Origin: a virus
Lineage: Duplodnaviria > Caudoviricetes
IMG/VR virus record: IMGVR_UViG_2868569063_000004
Span: 1 to 64,000 of that record
DNA: 64,000 nt
Reading direction: 5' to 3' (one strand)
Every line of letters begins with the position of its first letter. Position 1 is the stretch's first letter. A program made the position numbers and the translations under genes. Below the pieces are notes generated by a model, which was not told where the DNA came from, ran no database searches, and saw only the letters and a program-made list of their open reading frames with translations. This document shows, one piece after another, positions 1-9,780 of the stretch.

Positions 1-1236
1 TTATGCGGTCATTTCATAATATTTTTCTTTAATATCTTCATTAATAAAATTTAGATTATCTGATGATATGTCAGATGCAAATTTCCAATAATATCCACGT
101 TTGGTTAATCTATCTTTGTTTGAACTGTTTGTAATTGTTGATCGGCTTTCTGATGTTTCATTAGTTGCCATATTCATGTTATTAAATATATTTATAATTT
201 GCTTATTATTGTTAAGTTGAATAATAGGTTTCCCACGTTGTAATAGTGGTGGTAATTTATCATAATATGTATCGCACCATCTATATCCATGTGAAGAATT
301 TTTCCGAATATCAGCATAACAATTAGACACATCCAAATATGAACGATTAATTGGTATATTTAATTTTCTAACTGCATCAGAAATACTTTCATACTGATTA
401 ATAAATTGACCATCTAATGTATATACATAAATTGTTTTCTTATTAGTGCTATTATGAATATCTTTTATAATTCTGTCGTCGTTTTTATACTTCCATTGGA
501 ACCCAACAGCGGTAGGAGCCAGCTGCCTGCATGCATTTGATATACAATAAGTTTTATAATAATCAGATGCTTCTTTCAGGCTATCCCACTCTTTGATAAA
601 GTTACCATATAAATCATATTGTAAGATAGGAGTACGACAATCATAAGGTATATATGGCTCTATTTTTGGTATAGGATCTTCTTCATATTCTCTCCACATA
701 AATCCCTTCCATGTACGGCCTTCTTGAGATAGTGCCCAACGTATTCCACCACTCTCTTTATTTTGATTTATTTCTAATGCAGCGTTTCCTATGCTGGGAT
801 ATGATTTAATAAAATTTCCATCTAAGTCATATTGAGCAATTTTTACACAATGTCCACCAACAAACATTCCACCAGAAGCAATATTGTATCCATATTCTGG
901 TTGATTAGATTTTAAATATAAAATAATTTCTTTTTCCAATTCTTCAGCTTCGGTTTGGATTAAATTTGAGGCAATAATTTTATGTTCGATGTTATCCCAG
1001 CCATATTTTTCAATTGCTCTATAAAACATTTGTGTTTTATATCCAAGCCCGTTCATCCATCGTATTTTAGGATGTCTCGAAGTAATTCCTACATAATACT
1101 TATCATGTCCATATGAATTTATTTCTTTTGGGACAATATGTATATATAAGTAAAATTTCAGTGAATCAGTAATCGTATTTTTACAATAATCATAAATTTT
1201 TTGATTTATTTCAGGTGATAAAAATTTATTTTCCAT
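1..1236 (-). CDS. Free-standing GIY-YIG homing endonuclease with NUMOD1-type repeats
   Basis: YLYIH...YYVGIT...R motif and YGYNIASGG, then repeated 'QYDLxGNFIKxxxSxxxA...GFxWxY' units. Start taken at MENKFL (ATG 1236, GGGGAAGG upstream) instead of the track start at 1296. Confidence 0.85.
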   Translation of the reverse strand: MENKFLSPEINQKIYDYCKNTITDSLKFYLYIHIVPKEINSYGHDKYYVGITSRHPKIRWMNGLGYKTQMFYRAIEKYGWDNIEHKIIASNLIQTEAEELEKEIILYLKSNQPEYGYNIASGGMFVGGHCVKIAQYDLDGNFIKSYPSIGNAALEINQNKESGGIRWALSQEGRTWKGFMWREYEEDPIPKIEPYIPYDCRTPILQYDLYGNFIKEWDSLKEASDYYKTYCISNACRQLAPTAVGFQWKYKNDDRIIKDIHNSTNKKTIYVYTLDGQFINQYESISDAVRKLNIPINRSYLDVSNCYADIRKNSSHGYRWCDTYYDKLPPLLQRGKPIIQLNNNKQIINIFNNMNMATNETSESRSTITNSSNKDRLTKRGYYWKFASDISSDNLNFINEDIKEKYYEMTA

Positions 1237-1247
1237 GTAGCCTTCCC

Positions 1248-1282
1248 CATAAAAAATAATCCCTACATAAATGCAAGGATTA
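1248..1282 (-). terminator. Possible intrinsic terminator after the lysis cassette
   Basis: Imperfect AATCC...GGATT stem followed by a T-run on the minus strand. Confidence 0.35.
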
Positions 1283-1822
1283 TTTTTTAAAACCATTGTC
1301 CATTAAATCTTGATAGTTTTTTAATACGAATTCCATGGAAGCAGTAACACGACCATTAGTCATCCCATTCTGTTCAAGAATTTTTTCATATTTATCATAC
1401 AAATCAATAATATGTTCGTATTGTTCTTTATTATAGTCTCTGTCGTTCATAACAGTATTAGAGAATTCTAAAATAGTTGTTCTTATATCATCAATTTCTT
1501 TATTGATGAGAAGCGTCTTCAGTTCATTAATGCCATCCTGTAAGACTTTCTGATTATCTTCGAGTTTATCTCTGATATTAATGGACTGGTCATGATAATT
1601 ATGTTGAGACTGCTCAAAATCAGCAATTTTCTGTTCCATATCAGACAACTTCTTCTCTAAAGCTTTCTTCTGTAGAGATGCTTTTGTTTCGAGACCAAGA
1701 ACATCAAGAAGTTTCTCCCATCCAGCTTTTAAAGCTATAACAAGCATTGCACAAAGAAGTAAAGATATGATCACATTGATCTCACCAAACTCATGGATTT
1801 TCTGTATCTGTTCAATACCCAT
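1280..1822 (-). CDS. Membrane-anchored coiled-coil protein, holin-like or lysis accessory
   Basis: One N-terminal hydrophobic helix (VIISLLLCAMLVIAL) then coiled coil; directly downstream of the endolysin; GGAGG RBS. Confidence 0.55.
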   Translation of the reverse strand: MGIEQIQKIHEFGEINVIISLLLCAMLVIALKAGWEKLLDVLGLETKASLQKKALEKKLSDMEQKIADFEQSQHNYHDQSINIRDKLEDNQKVLQDGINELKTLLINKEIDDIRTTILEFSNTVMNDRDYNKEQYEHIIDLYDKYEKILEQNGMTNGRVTASMEFVLKNYQDLMDNGFKK

Positions 1823-1833
1823 GACGTACCTCC

Positions 1834-3504
1834 TTATGCCTTAATGATATATTTGGCTGATACATAGCCAACATATTCTTTTTTAGTAATTGATACTTTG
1901 TACCATCTGTCACCTTTAGTATCTTTTGTAACTCCGAGGACATTAACAAGATCGTCTTTATTTAACTGCGGATACTCTAATAGTAATGGATGCTTTGTGC
2001 CAGCCTTTTTACGAACATTCAATTTACTTGCAGTTACCTTTCCTACAAAAGGATATTTCTTTGTAGTTGTTGCAGCAGGAGTATTAGGATTTTTAATGTT
2101 AGATTTTTCTACATATCCTATATATTTTGCAGCGATACGAACCTGATATCTTGTACCAGATTCACCGATGATATCCACAAGATTACCTGCATTAAGTTTA
2201 GGATATGTACTTAGCTTAGAAGCTCCTGTAGCGTCTGAGAATACATCTGTTCCATTAGCTGTACAAGAACCTACCCATGCAGTATAAGATGGCTGTATAG
2301 GTGCAGGAGATGTTAAAATAGATGTGACAATAGAATAGTCTGGACGACAAAACTTTGTTCCAGGGAGATTTGAATTATAATAACTTTTAGCATAAACTCC
2401 ACCACCATTTGGAACAATAGAAGAGCCTCCTGAAGTGTTACCTTCAATAGTATAAAATTTATCTCCTTCGACTTTTGTTACTAATCCAGTATGAGCAAAT
2501 GTGCCATTACGATAGAAGATTACAATGTCTCCTCGCTGTGGATTTGCATACTTTGTGAAGAGATTTCCAAGAGTAGGACAGTATACATAAGGCCAATGTT
2601 TAAGGAGTTTTTTAGCTACATCAAGACCAAATGTTTTCATCATACACCAGCTCACAAATGCAGCACACCAAGCCTGTGCCTGATACTGAGGATATACGTC
2701 TCTCCAGTATTTAGTGTAGTTATTGTAACCTGCATTTGCAGTTTTATCATCAAGCTGAGAATTAGATTTCTTCTCTAAATATCCAACCTCATTTTCAGCG
2801 CAAGCAATAAGAGCATCAATAGCTTTATCTTTATTCATAGTATCACTTCCTTGTGTAGTTGTTGGTTTGAGAGAGTTTGTAGAAGTAGTAGAAGATTTAG
2901 AATAGTCTTTATAGAATACACTTCGATCGGTTTTTGTTGGAATACCAGGAATGTTTGCCTTACTAGAATATTGCCATCCAATAACACCAGTAGAAGCAGG
3001 AACTCTTAATCTTTCCTGTAATTCACCGGTATCATTATTAGGATATCGGGCAACCCAACAGTCATATTTCTTAGCACCTTTTGGTAACTGGTTCTGATAC
3101 CAAGAATACCCGCAATAAATACCAAATTTATATCCAGCTTTGACAATAATAGCTCTAAACGCTTCAATCATTTTCATCATTAAACTGTCAGATAAATTCT
3201 CCTGACATTTATCCTCTATATCAAGAAATACTGGATAATCCAGTTTTCTTTTATTCAATGTTTTAATAACTACATTTGCTTCATTTTTAATCTGAGCAAT
3301 AGTAGTAGCATAGCTGTATTTATAGGCTCCAACAGGAATTTTATTTTCAATGCAACCTTTGTAATTTGGTTCGAATGTGCTATCAACAATATTCCCTTTT
3401 TCTGTGATTCTTAGGATTGCGAAGCCCATTCCATAATTAGCAACAGTTTTCCAGTCGATTTTTCCATTCCATCTGGAAACATCAATTCCTTTAATTTCTG
3501 CCAT
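1834..3504 (-). CDS. Endolysin: GH25 muramidase + CHAP + two SH3b-like domains
   Basis: GIDVSRWNG, LDIED and WQYSS (GH25); WCAAFVSW, HTGLV and TIEGNT (CHAP); C-terminal LNVR...WYKV...GYVSAKY (SH3b). Confidence 0.92.
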   Translation of the reverse strand: MAEIKGIDVSRWNGKIDWKTVANYGMGFAILRITEKGNIVDSTFEPNYKGCIENKIPVGAYKYSYATTIAQIKNEANVVIKTLNKRKLDYPVFLDIEDKCQENLSDSLMMKMIEAFRAIIVKAGYKFGIYCGYSWYQNQLPKGAKKYDCWVARYPNNDTGELQERLRVPASTGVIGWQYSSKANIPGIPTKTDRSVFYKDYSKSSTTSTNSLKPTTTQGSDTMNKDKAIDALIACAENEVGYLEKKSNSQLDDKTANAGYNNYTKYWRDVYPQYQAQAWCAAFVSWCMMKTFGLDVAKKLLKHWPYVYCPTLGNLFTKYANPQRGDIVIFYRNGTFAHTGLVTKVEGDKFYTIEGNTSGGSSIVPNGGGVYAKSYYNSNLPGTKFCRPDYSIVTSILTSPAPIQPSYTAWVGSCTANGTDVFSDATGASKLSTYPKLNAGNLVDIIGESGTRYQVRIAAKYIGYVEKSNIKNPNTPAATTTKKYPFVGKVTASKLNVRKKAGTKHPLLLEYPQLNKDDLVNVLGVTKDTKGDRWYKVSITKKEYVGYVSAKYIIKA

Positions 3505-3533
3505 AATATCACCTCATTTTTCTATAAAAATAA

Positions 3534-3559
3534 AGAGCCTTGTTATCACACAAGACTCT
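3534..3559 (-). terminator. Intrinsic terminator between the fibre module and lysis genes
   Basis: AGAGcCTTG-ttatca-CAAGaCTCT hairpin, with an A-rich run on the + side giving a U-tract on the minus strand. Confidence 0.5.
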
Positions 3560-3694
3560 CATAATTTGCTTTATGTTATGAAATCTATCTTTCATTTACC
3601 AATTATTTCCATATTTACCAATCGTTTACTAATGAATCTGCTTTATATTGTATGTATAATTTCCATACCATGACTAGAAAGGAGGTGGAAAACA

Positions 3695-4054
3695 ATGGCA
3701 TTATATGAGATTAAAAACTACATCAAATTACTCTGTATAAGAATTGACCATATCGAAAGTTATGTAGTAGATGAACTCAACACTTCTGATGAAAAAGAAA
3801 TAAATGACTTTATTAAAATGTATAAACATCGAAAAGGTCTAAAGATTCTTATATTCGAAATGTCAGATGATGTACATATTATCACATATGAACAAATGCA
3901 AAGTTTCATACATACGTTACATGTGTTTGATTACATCAGGCAAATCATTGAAAATGAAACGAATAAGTTCGTAGTCGTCAACAATGATGATACATCACTT
4001 GATGTACTTCAAACGGATTCATATTTGCACAAATTGTTAGATTTGGGTAAATAA
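3695..4054 (+). CDS. Hypothetical protein, moron-like, antisense to the late operon
   Basis: Strong RBS GAAAGGAGGTGG, TATAAT at 3655-3660 and a downstream hairpin. Confidence 0.75.
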   Translation: MALYEIKNYIKLLCIRIDHIESYVVDELNTSDEKEINDFIKMYKHRKGLKILIFEMSDDVHIITYEQMQSFIHTLHVFDYIRQIIENETNKFVVVNNDDTSLDVLQTDSYLHKLLDLGK

Positions 4055-4062
4055 GATTTAGA

Positions 4063-4090
4063 GGTGAGAGAGTAGTAATTACTTTCTCAC
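4063..4090. terminator. Hairpin between convergent genes, likely bidirectional terminator
   Basis: GTGAGAGAGT-agtaatt-ACTTTCTCAC. Confidence 0.55.
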
Positions 4091-4109
4091 TTTAAGATAG
4101 ATAGAAATA

Positions 4110-4316
4110 TTATTTATTTTGTGTATCTTCTGTTATATCAGATTTAGAATTCTCAGTGATGTGATTTTCTTTAACTTTTTTCGTTACCGTCCCATCCTCA
4201 TTCAGCACATAGCCATCCTTTTGAAGTCTTTCAATTACCTTTGCATTCCATAACTCAGGAACATCTGTCCATTTTTTTAATCCATTAATAACTCTTTCCT
4301 CATAAAATTTAACCAT
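4110..4316 (-). CDS. Small tail-fibre-associated protein (CD1375/XkdX-like)
   Basis: MVKFYEERVINGLKKWTDVPELW...V pattern typical of small genes after Firmicute phage fibres; GGAGGTG RBS before ATG 4316. Confidence 0.6.
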   Translation of the reverse strand: MVKFYEERVINGLKKWTDVPELWNAKVIERLQKDGYVLNEDGTVTKKVKENHITENSKSDITEDTQNK

Positions 4317-4551
4317 TGTTTTTTTCACCTCCAATTGTCGAAACTAATGTAGCAAGTTCGTCAAGTGCTGAATCATGTGTTGATACAAGTTCAGCAAGAC
4401 CATCAATTCCATCACCATTAATTAAAATCTTGCGATTAGATTCTGCATTAAGCATCTGCATGACAAAATCCAATTTTTCAGACATCTCATTTAGCCTGTT
4501 TGAAACTCGATTGATGGCTTTGTAAATATTTGCAATTTCCTTTTTATCCAT
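4309..4551 (-). CDS. Hypothetical protein of the fibre module
   Basis: AGGAGGTG RBS; C-terminal 'GLAELVS...ALDELATLVS' repeats; overlaps the next gene. Confidence 0.65.
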   Translation of the reverse strand: MDKKEIANIYKAINRVSNRLNEMSEKLDFVMQMLNAESNRKILINGDGIDGLAELVSTHDSALDELATLVSTIGGEKNNG

Positions 4552-4684
4552 ATACACCTCCTGTTCTTAGCCATTCAGCTATAAATAATTCATTAATTTA
4601 CTTTCCCGATTGTCTGATACTGTTCATGAATATTCAGTTTCTTTTGACTTGATGGGAAAATTGTGTTTGCCGCAAATCCTTTTA

Positions 4685-4700
4685 ACCGCCTTACGGCGGT
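4685..4700 (-). promoter_or_regulatory. GC-rich hairpin ACCGCC-GTAA-GGCGGT, putative DGR target-recognition hairpin
   Basis: Perfect 6-bp stem with a 4-nt loop, 20 nt after the fibre stop codon; no U-tract follows on the minus strand. Confidence 0.6.
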
Positions 4701-4720
4701 AGATGGGATTTGTTAAGATT

Positions 4721-7700
4721 TTAGATGCATAAGCAGGGGGCAACACCATAAGTGCTGCTGGCATTATCGTAGCTCATACTCCCGTCTATGTTTACAACGC
4801 AGAAGCAATTGCTGTTGTTGGAGCGAGGCGAACGCTCCCAATAGCAGCCAGATGCGTAACCACTGCTATAACGTGGTTTCTTATAATTATTAGCAGTCGC
4901 ATTCTTAAAATACTGATACTGCTTTCCCTCTCCTGCGAAAGAATATCTTGTACTGTCAAAAACTTCAATTTCAGACGGTAAGAACGCATAGTCATTTGAA
5001 GTATTAATCGTACTACCTGCTGATGTCAGTTTCTTAACCTGTTTCATCATGTTCTGAATATAAGCAGGCAAGCATTGCTTGTACACATTATTACACCACG
5101 TACGCCTTGCACATCCTTCCCAACCACCACTATTCGTGTTTGAGCTATTCATATATCCACATTCATGTGGCGCATTATAAGAACTGTTATATTCTGTCGT
5201 AGTGTCCAAATACAGCATACGTTCTGTCTGAATTGTAATAGCAGCTTTGGTCTTGCCATTAATAGCAGTCACTAAGTCATCATGCTCAATTCCGATAATT
5301 ACATAGGCATAATCATTCGCTTTGTGTGACTCACTCACGCCTGTTGCATCCATGGCATTGTGATGGATGGTTCTCTTGTCGCCAACCGCCCAATAATCAC
5401 TGATATTGATTTTACCTGCGTAGTGCGCTTCAATCATCTTTGCGATTTCAGCATCCGTTCCGTCAGCGAATGTGACAATCTTCAAATCCTCTGGTTCGCC
5501 GAGAAGTCTGTTTCCTGCATCGTAGTTGTATACGCCATCAGTGTTGTATGGGAACAGTGTGAAGTAATATTTTTTACCGTTTGTCAGCCCTGTGACGGTA
5601 TAGCCTGTGGTTCTGTATTTGTCGCGAACTGTATTATTAACCACAAGTGTTCCGTCATCTGGATTTGCAGGATAGCCCGTTTCTTTCATTACGAGTTTTG
5701 TACCAGCCCAAGTAGAGAATGTTGAACCACTGATTACCGTATTCTCTGGGTCTTGCCATTTAATTGTGACTGATGCGTCTGCGTTCTCGATTGTTGGGTT
5801 GTTTACGGGCTTGGGAGTAACGGTCATACCGCCTTTTGCTCTTAAAATTCCAGTTTCATCTACAAATGTAGTTTTTCCATCAGGTTTAATACCACCTAAT
5901 GTTGTTGTTGTAGCGATAGGAATAGAGCCAATTTCGACTATACATTGTGAGCCTTTATATATTCCTAATTCACCAACATAATAATATGTATCTGAATTTA
6001 AAGTCCCATTTGCTTTTTTGGTTTCATATTCACCTTTTGTTAAATAGACAGGATTCACAACTCCAAGTTCTGAAAGTGTAACATCTGATGTACCATCAAA
6101 AGATGCATTTCCAATTTTTCTTGCAGTAGCTAATTTTACAGCTGCGTTCGCATTTCCTCCAACTGAAGATGATCCAGCATAATTATGTGTGTGTCCAGTA
6201 GCAGATTTTCCATTTAGAGCAGTTGTAATAGCATTTTGAGTCATGGTACCATCTGTAGCCGACCCTGTGGAAGTATAGAGTTTAGTTGTACCGGAATAGC
6301 TTGTAGTACCTACAGAATATGTCGTATTTGTAGGAATTACCCATGTACCATCTGCACGAAGAAATTTTAATTGTTCTCCTATATTAGGTGCAGGAACAAG
6401 ACCAGCACTTCCGGCGGAAGAAGAAGTAGCACCCTTCATGTTTCCATAAGTATGATCGGTAAATAATGCATCTGCAGGCACTGACTTACCAAGTGTATAT
6501 GAACAAGCTACTGGCTTACCACCTGAGAAATATACTGGCTGAGTTGATGATCCAGCATTAGAAGTAAGAGCAGCGGCAGATGATGCGCTACCTGCAGAAA
6601 TAGCATATTTAACACTTTTTGTGGCATCAGCAGTATTGTCAACGTTGCCTAATCCGACTTCACTTTTAGTATGCGTATGTACTTTTGTAGCTTTTTCATC
6701 TAATTTACTATTCATCTCAGTCTCGGTATAATAACGTTCATCATGATTATGAGACGCTGGTGGATAGCTGCTAGGCTTTTCAGTAACTCCAGACCATGGT
6801 ACAGAAGTAGCAGTTCCGGCAGTATATACTGAATAACCAGCCTCAGAAGATAATTTGCTCTCATCAACAACATAATACATTTTTTCAGTCTTAGTTACTT
6901 TTACGGTATCACCAAGCTGAATATTAGCAGTAGTAAGTTTAAAACGTGCAGTATCATCTTCAACAATAATCAGACGTTCTAATGCTCCATGGGGAAGCCT
7001 TGCAATATCAATTGTTCCAAAGAGTTTACTTGCGTTGAGAGAAGTAATAGTTGAATCATTATGATTATGCGCAGAAGGAGCATAGGTAGAAGGTTTCTCT
7101 GTAATGTTACCCCATGCGACACTACTTGCAGTCGCAGCATTTCCTGTAACATTTACCGTCAGATTATTAGTAACAGGATTATATTTAAACTTATCGCTGT
7201 ATGCTCGCTTTGTCTCTGTAGTAGAGTCAGAAAACCAAACATGTCTAGCTGCATCAGCAGTACCTTCTCCAGCAGATACATTTGTAGCTGTTCCTGCAGT
7301 AGTTGCACTATCAGCAGTAGTTGCATGTTTTACACTCTTATTTGCATCTGCTGTATTATCTACATTACCAAGTCCTACCTGAGCTTTTGTATGAGTATGC
7401 CCGGCAGAAGAGTAAGCACTTGAATTTGTATATGCAGCAGATCCTAATCCGTGAACAGGAACAGTAGTTTTATTACCATCTACAGTGAGTGTGATTTTTC
7501 CGTTTTCAGTACTTTCTGAGATAGCAACAGACTTTACGGCTTTTGCTAGAGTAATATAAGTTTTGCTTGAGCTATCCCAACGATAAATAGTATTCGTAGC
7601 AGTATTTATATAAATAGTATTTATATCTCCAACAGACGGAAATAACTTATTGGAAGCATATGGAAGTATTTCTTTATGATTAGCTATACTTGTCTTCAAA

Positions 7701-7750
7701 TAACCAACCAGTTCTGTTAATCCAGTGAGATTAAGAAATTGTTCTTTCAT
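4721..7750 (-). CDS. Tail fibre / receptor-binding protein with Fn3-like and C-terminal DUF6273-like (CLec-type) domain; probable DGR target
   Basis: HxH motifs and duplicated VGLGNVDNTAD repeats; Fn3-like TIKWQDP...YTVTGLTNGKKYYF; GGWEGCARRTW and YWERSP...GVAPCLCI end. Confidence 0.8.
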   Translation of the reverse strand: MKEQFLNLTGLTELVGYLKTSIANHKEILPYASNKLFPSVGDINTIYINTATNTIYRWDSSSKTYITLAKAVKSVAISESTENGKITLTVDGNKTTVPVHGLGSAAYTNSSAYSSAGHTHTKAQVGLGNVDNTADANKSVKHATTADSATTAGTATNVSAGEGTADAARHVWFSDSTTETKRAYSDKFKYNPVTNNLTVNVTGNAATASSVAWGNITEKPSTYAPSAHNHNDSTITSLNASKLFGTIDIARLPHGALERLIIVEDDTARFKLTTANIQLGDTVKVTKTEKMYYVVDESKLSSEAGYSVYTAGTATSVPWSGVTEKPSSYPPASHNHDERYYTETEMNSKLDEKATKVHTHTKSEVGLGNVDNTADATKSVKYAISAGSASSAAALTSNAGSSTQPVYFSGGKPVACSYTLGKSVPADALFTDHTYGNMKGATSSSAGSAGLVPAPNIGEQLKFLRADGTWVIPTNTTYSVGTTSYSGTTKLYTSTGSATDGTMTQNAITTALNGKSATGHTHNYAGSSSVGGNANAAVKLATARKIGNASFDGTSDVTLSELGVVNPVYLTKGEYETKKANGTLNSDTYYYVGELGIYKGSQCIVEIGSIPIATTTTLGGIKPDGKTTFVDETGILRAKGGMTVTPKPVNNPTIENADASVTIKWQDPENTVISGSTFSTWAGTKLVMKETGYPANPDDGTLVVNNTVRDKYRTTGYTVTGLTNGKKYYFTLFPYNTDGVYNYDAGNRLLGEPEDLKIVTFADGTDAEIAKMIEAHYAGKINISDYWAVGDKRTIHHNAMDATGVSESHKANDYAYVIIGIEHDDLVTAINGKTKAAITIQTERMLYLDTTTEYNSSYNAPHECGYMNSSNTNSGGWEGCARRTWCNNVYKQCLPAYIQNMMKQVKKLTSAGSTINTSNDYAFLPSEIEVFDSTRYSFAGEGKQYQYFKNATANNYKKPRYSSGYASGCYWERSPRSNNSNCFCVVNIDGSMSYDNASSTYGVAPCLCI

Positions 7751-7836
7751 TTTGCATTAGTCACATCCTTCCATTTTTATTTTTAAAATAGAAGAAGAGC
7801 ATTGCAGCTCTCCTCCCAATAAAATCAATTGTATTT

Positions 7837-8907
7837 TTACGCAGTAAATAAACCTTTGATAGACGCACTTGGAATTGCTTCATATCCATCTCCAACAAGC
7901 CCCTTAAGAGCGGTGATATCAGATGTGTTCTTAGCAATCTTCGGTTTTTCAGTAGCAAGATCTTTTTCTACAGCAGTAATTTTGCCTTCTGCTGTATCCA
8001 TTCTGCCTTTAACAGCAGTAATATCTTCTGCATTCTTTTTATCAGCAGCTTCTAATGTAGGTAATTTCTTTTCAATAGTATCAATTCTTCCTACAGCAGC
8101 TTCAAGATCAGCAGCTTTTGCATACTGAGAAAGATCAGAGTCTGCGAGAGCTTTAGATACATACTCAGCAATATAGCTTACAATATCTTTGGATGTAGCA
8201 GATTCTGGAAGAGTACCGATAAGAGTCTTCAGCTTTGTGATATCCTCTTTATTTGTTTTGATCTGAGAATTCATTGTAGCAGCATCAGATGTATGTGTAG
8301 AAATCCAATCAGAAATCTCTTTCAGTGTATCATATGCTTCTGGAGCATCTGCGACGATTTTAGCGACTGCATCTGCAACAGCTTTCTTTACTGATCCGTC
8401 ACCAGTTCCATTAAGAGTACTGATTGCTGCGGTATTAGCTGCAACACTGGATTTCAGAGCAGAATCATCATATGTGCCTGTTTTTACAGCTTCTTTAATA
8501 TAAGAAACTACATCTTTAGCTTTTGCATCAGCAGGAATAGTACCAACATAAGACATTACTTCTGTTTTTGCTGTGTTAGCAGCTCCGGCTGCATCGAAAT
8601 CTGTAGCTGCCTTTCCAGAATCTATCAGATTACCATTAGCATCAAGACCTGCAAGATGTCCGGAAATAGCTCCTTTTACTTTATCTGCCTTACCTGTTGG
8701 CTGAGGAATAGTAATAGTAAATGCTGCTTCATCAATAGTTACTGGAGCAGTTTTTGTGTAGAAATAAAGTGTGTATCCGTCTTCTGACTGAGATACTGTT
8801 TTAATTGAGTTTTTGACAGCCTCACTGATTTTAGAGTCGATCTGTACGTTATGCAGATTTAAAAACTCCTGAAGATTAGAAAGTGTAGCGAACTGTAATT
8901 TTGCCAT
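7837..8907 (-). CDS. Fibre/baseplate-associated coiled-coil protein
   Basis: GSVKKAVADAVAKIVADAPEAYDTLKEISDWI fibre motif; heptad-rich C-terminus. Confidence 0.65.
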   Translation of the reverse strand: MAKLQFATLSNLQEFLNLHNVQIDSKISEAVKNSIKTVSQSEDGYTLYFYTKTAPVTIDEAAFTITIPQPTGKADKVKGAISGHLAGLDANGNLIDSGKAATDFDAAGAANTAKTEVMSYVGTIPADAKAKDVVSYIKEAVKTGTYDDSALKSSVAANTAAISTLNGTGDGSVKKAVADAVAKIVADAPEAYDTLKEISDWISTHTSDAATMNSQIKTNKEDITKLKTLIGTLPESATSKDIVSYIAEYVSKALADSDLSQYAKAADLEAAVGRIDTIEKKLPTLEAADKKNAEDITAVKGRMDTAEGKITAVEKDLATEKPKIAKNTSDITALKGLVGDGYEAIPSASIKGLFTA

Positions 8908-8909
8908 AA

Positions 8910-9773
8910 TTAGTTTCCTCCTTGAAATATATTTGTTAAATCTTCGGAATCAATACCTCCGAGTTTTCGGTCTAAAGCAGAGTCAATATGTTCATCTAAA
9001 ACATCCAGAACAGTTTCTTCAATGATATTTGAAACATATTCTTTTACAGAATCAGCACTTGCAAAATTCTGTTCATTAATCCAGCTTTCAGTGACATAAC
9101 GATCAGTCGTATATTCACCATCTTGCTGAATGAAATACAATGTAATAGATTTTCCTTGCATTTTTGTGATTGTTGTGCTGGAAGTATCAGCATCATGAGA
9201 TACAAGATACAGAACATCGTCTGCAGAAGATTGAACAGTAGTATTGTTTCCGCCAATGATACATTGGCCTTTTACTTTATAAATACCATCATCGAGTGAT
9301 GATATCTTCACAGGAACAGTAAGTGTACCTATAAGATTTACAATAGGTACGTCAAATAATTTGTTATAAGATAAGCTGTTGATATAGTCTACAACAGTGG
9401 ACTTATCTTCAAGATTACCGATTATATTATCTAAAAGAGTAGAAAGCTCAGAAGACTTGACATAATTATCCAATCCAATTGTTTTCTTGACTTCTTCAAC
9501 AATATGACCTTTATCTTCGTCAGTCATAGATATGTCGTAAGAGAAAAGTAGTTTATCTCCAGAGAAAAACATAAGATTTGATCCGATGCATTTTACATCT
9601 GTAATCTGTTTATCTCCTTTGACATATTCTAATGTATTGTCGATGGTCACCCATGCTATACTCTTACTGTCTTGGATGTAACAAAGTCCTGGGTATTTTA
9701 GCACCCCTCTTTGTAAAGCCTTTTCTGCAATTTGCTTAGTTGATGCAGAATACCAGGTTGGAATTAACGCCAT
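8910..9773 (-). CDS. Hypothetical tail-region protein
   Basis: 287-aa ORF tightly packed in the operon. Confidence 0.6.
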   Translation of the reverse strand: MALIPTWYSASTKQIAEKALQRGVLKYPGLCYIQDSKSIAWVTIDNTLEYVKGDKQITDVKCIGSNLMFFSGDKLLFSYDISMTDEDKGHIVEEVKKTIGLDNYVKSSELSTLLDNIIGNLEDKSTVVDYINSLSYNKLFDVPIVNLIGTLTVPVKISSLDDGIYKVKGQCIIGGNNTTVQSSADDVLYLVSHDADTSSTTITKMQGKSITLYFIQQDGEYTTDRYVTESWINEQNFASADSVKEYVSNIIEETVLDVLDEHIDSALDRKLGGIDSEDLTNIFQGGN

Positions 9774-9780
9774 GCTGTGA

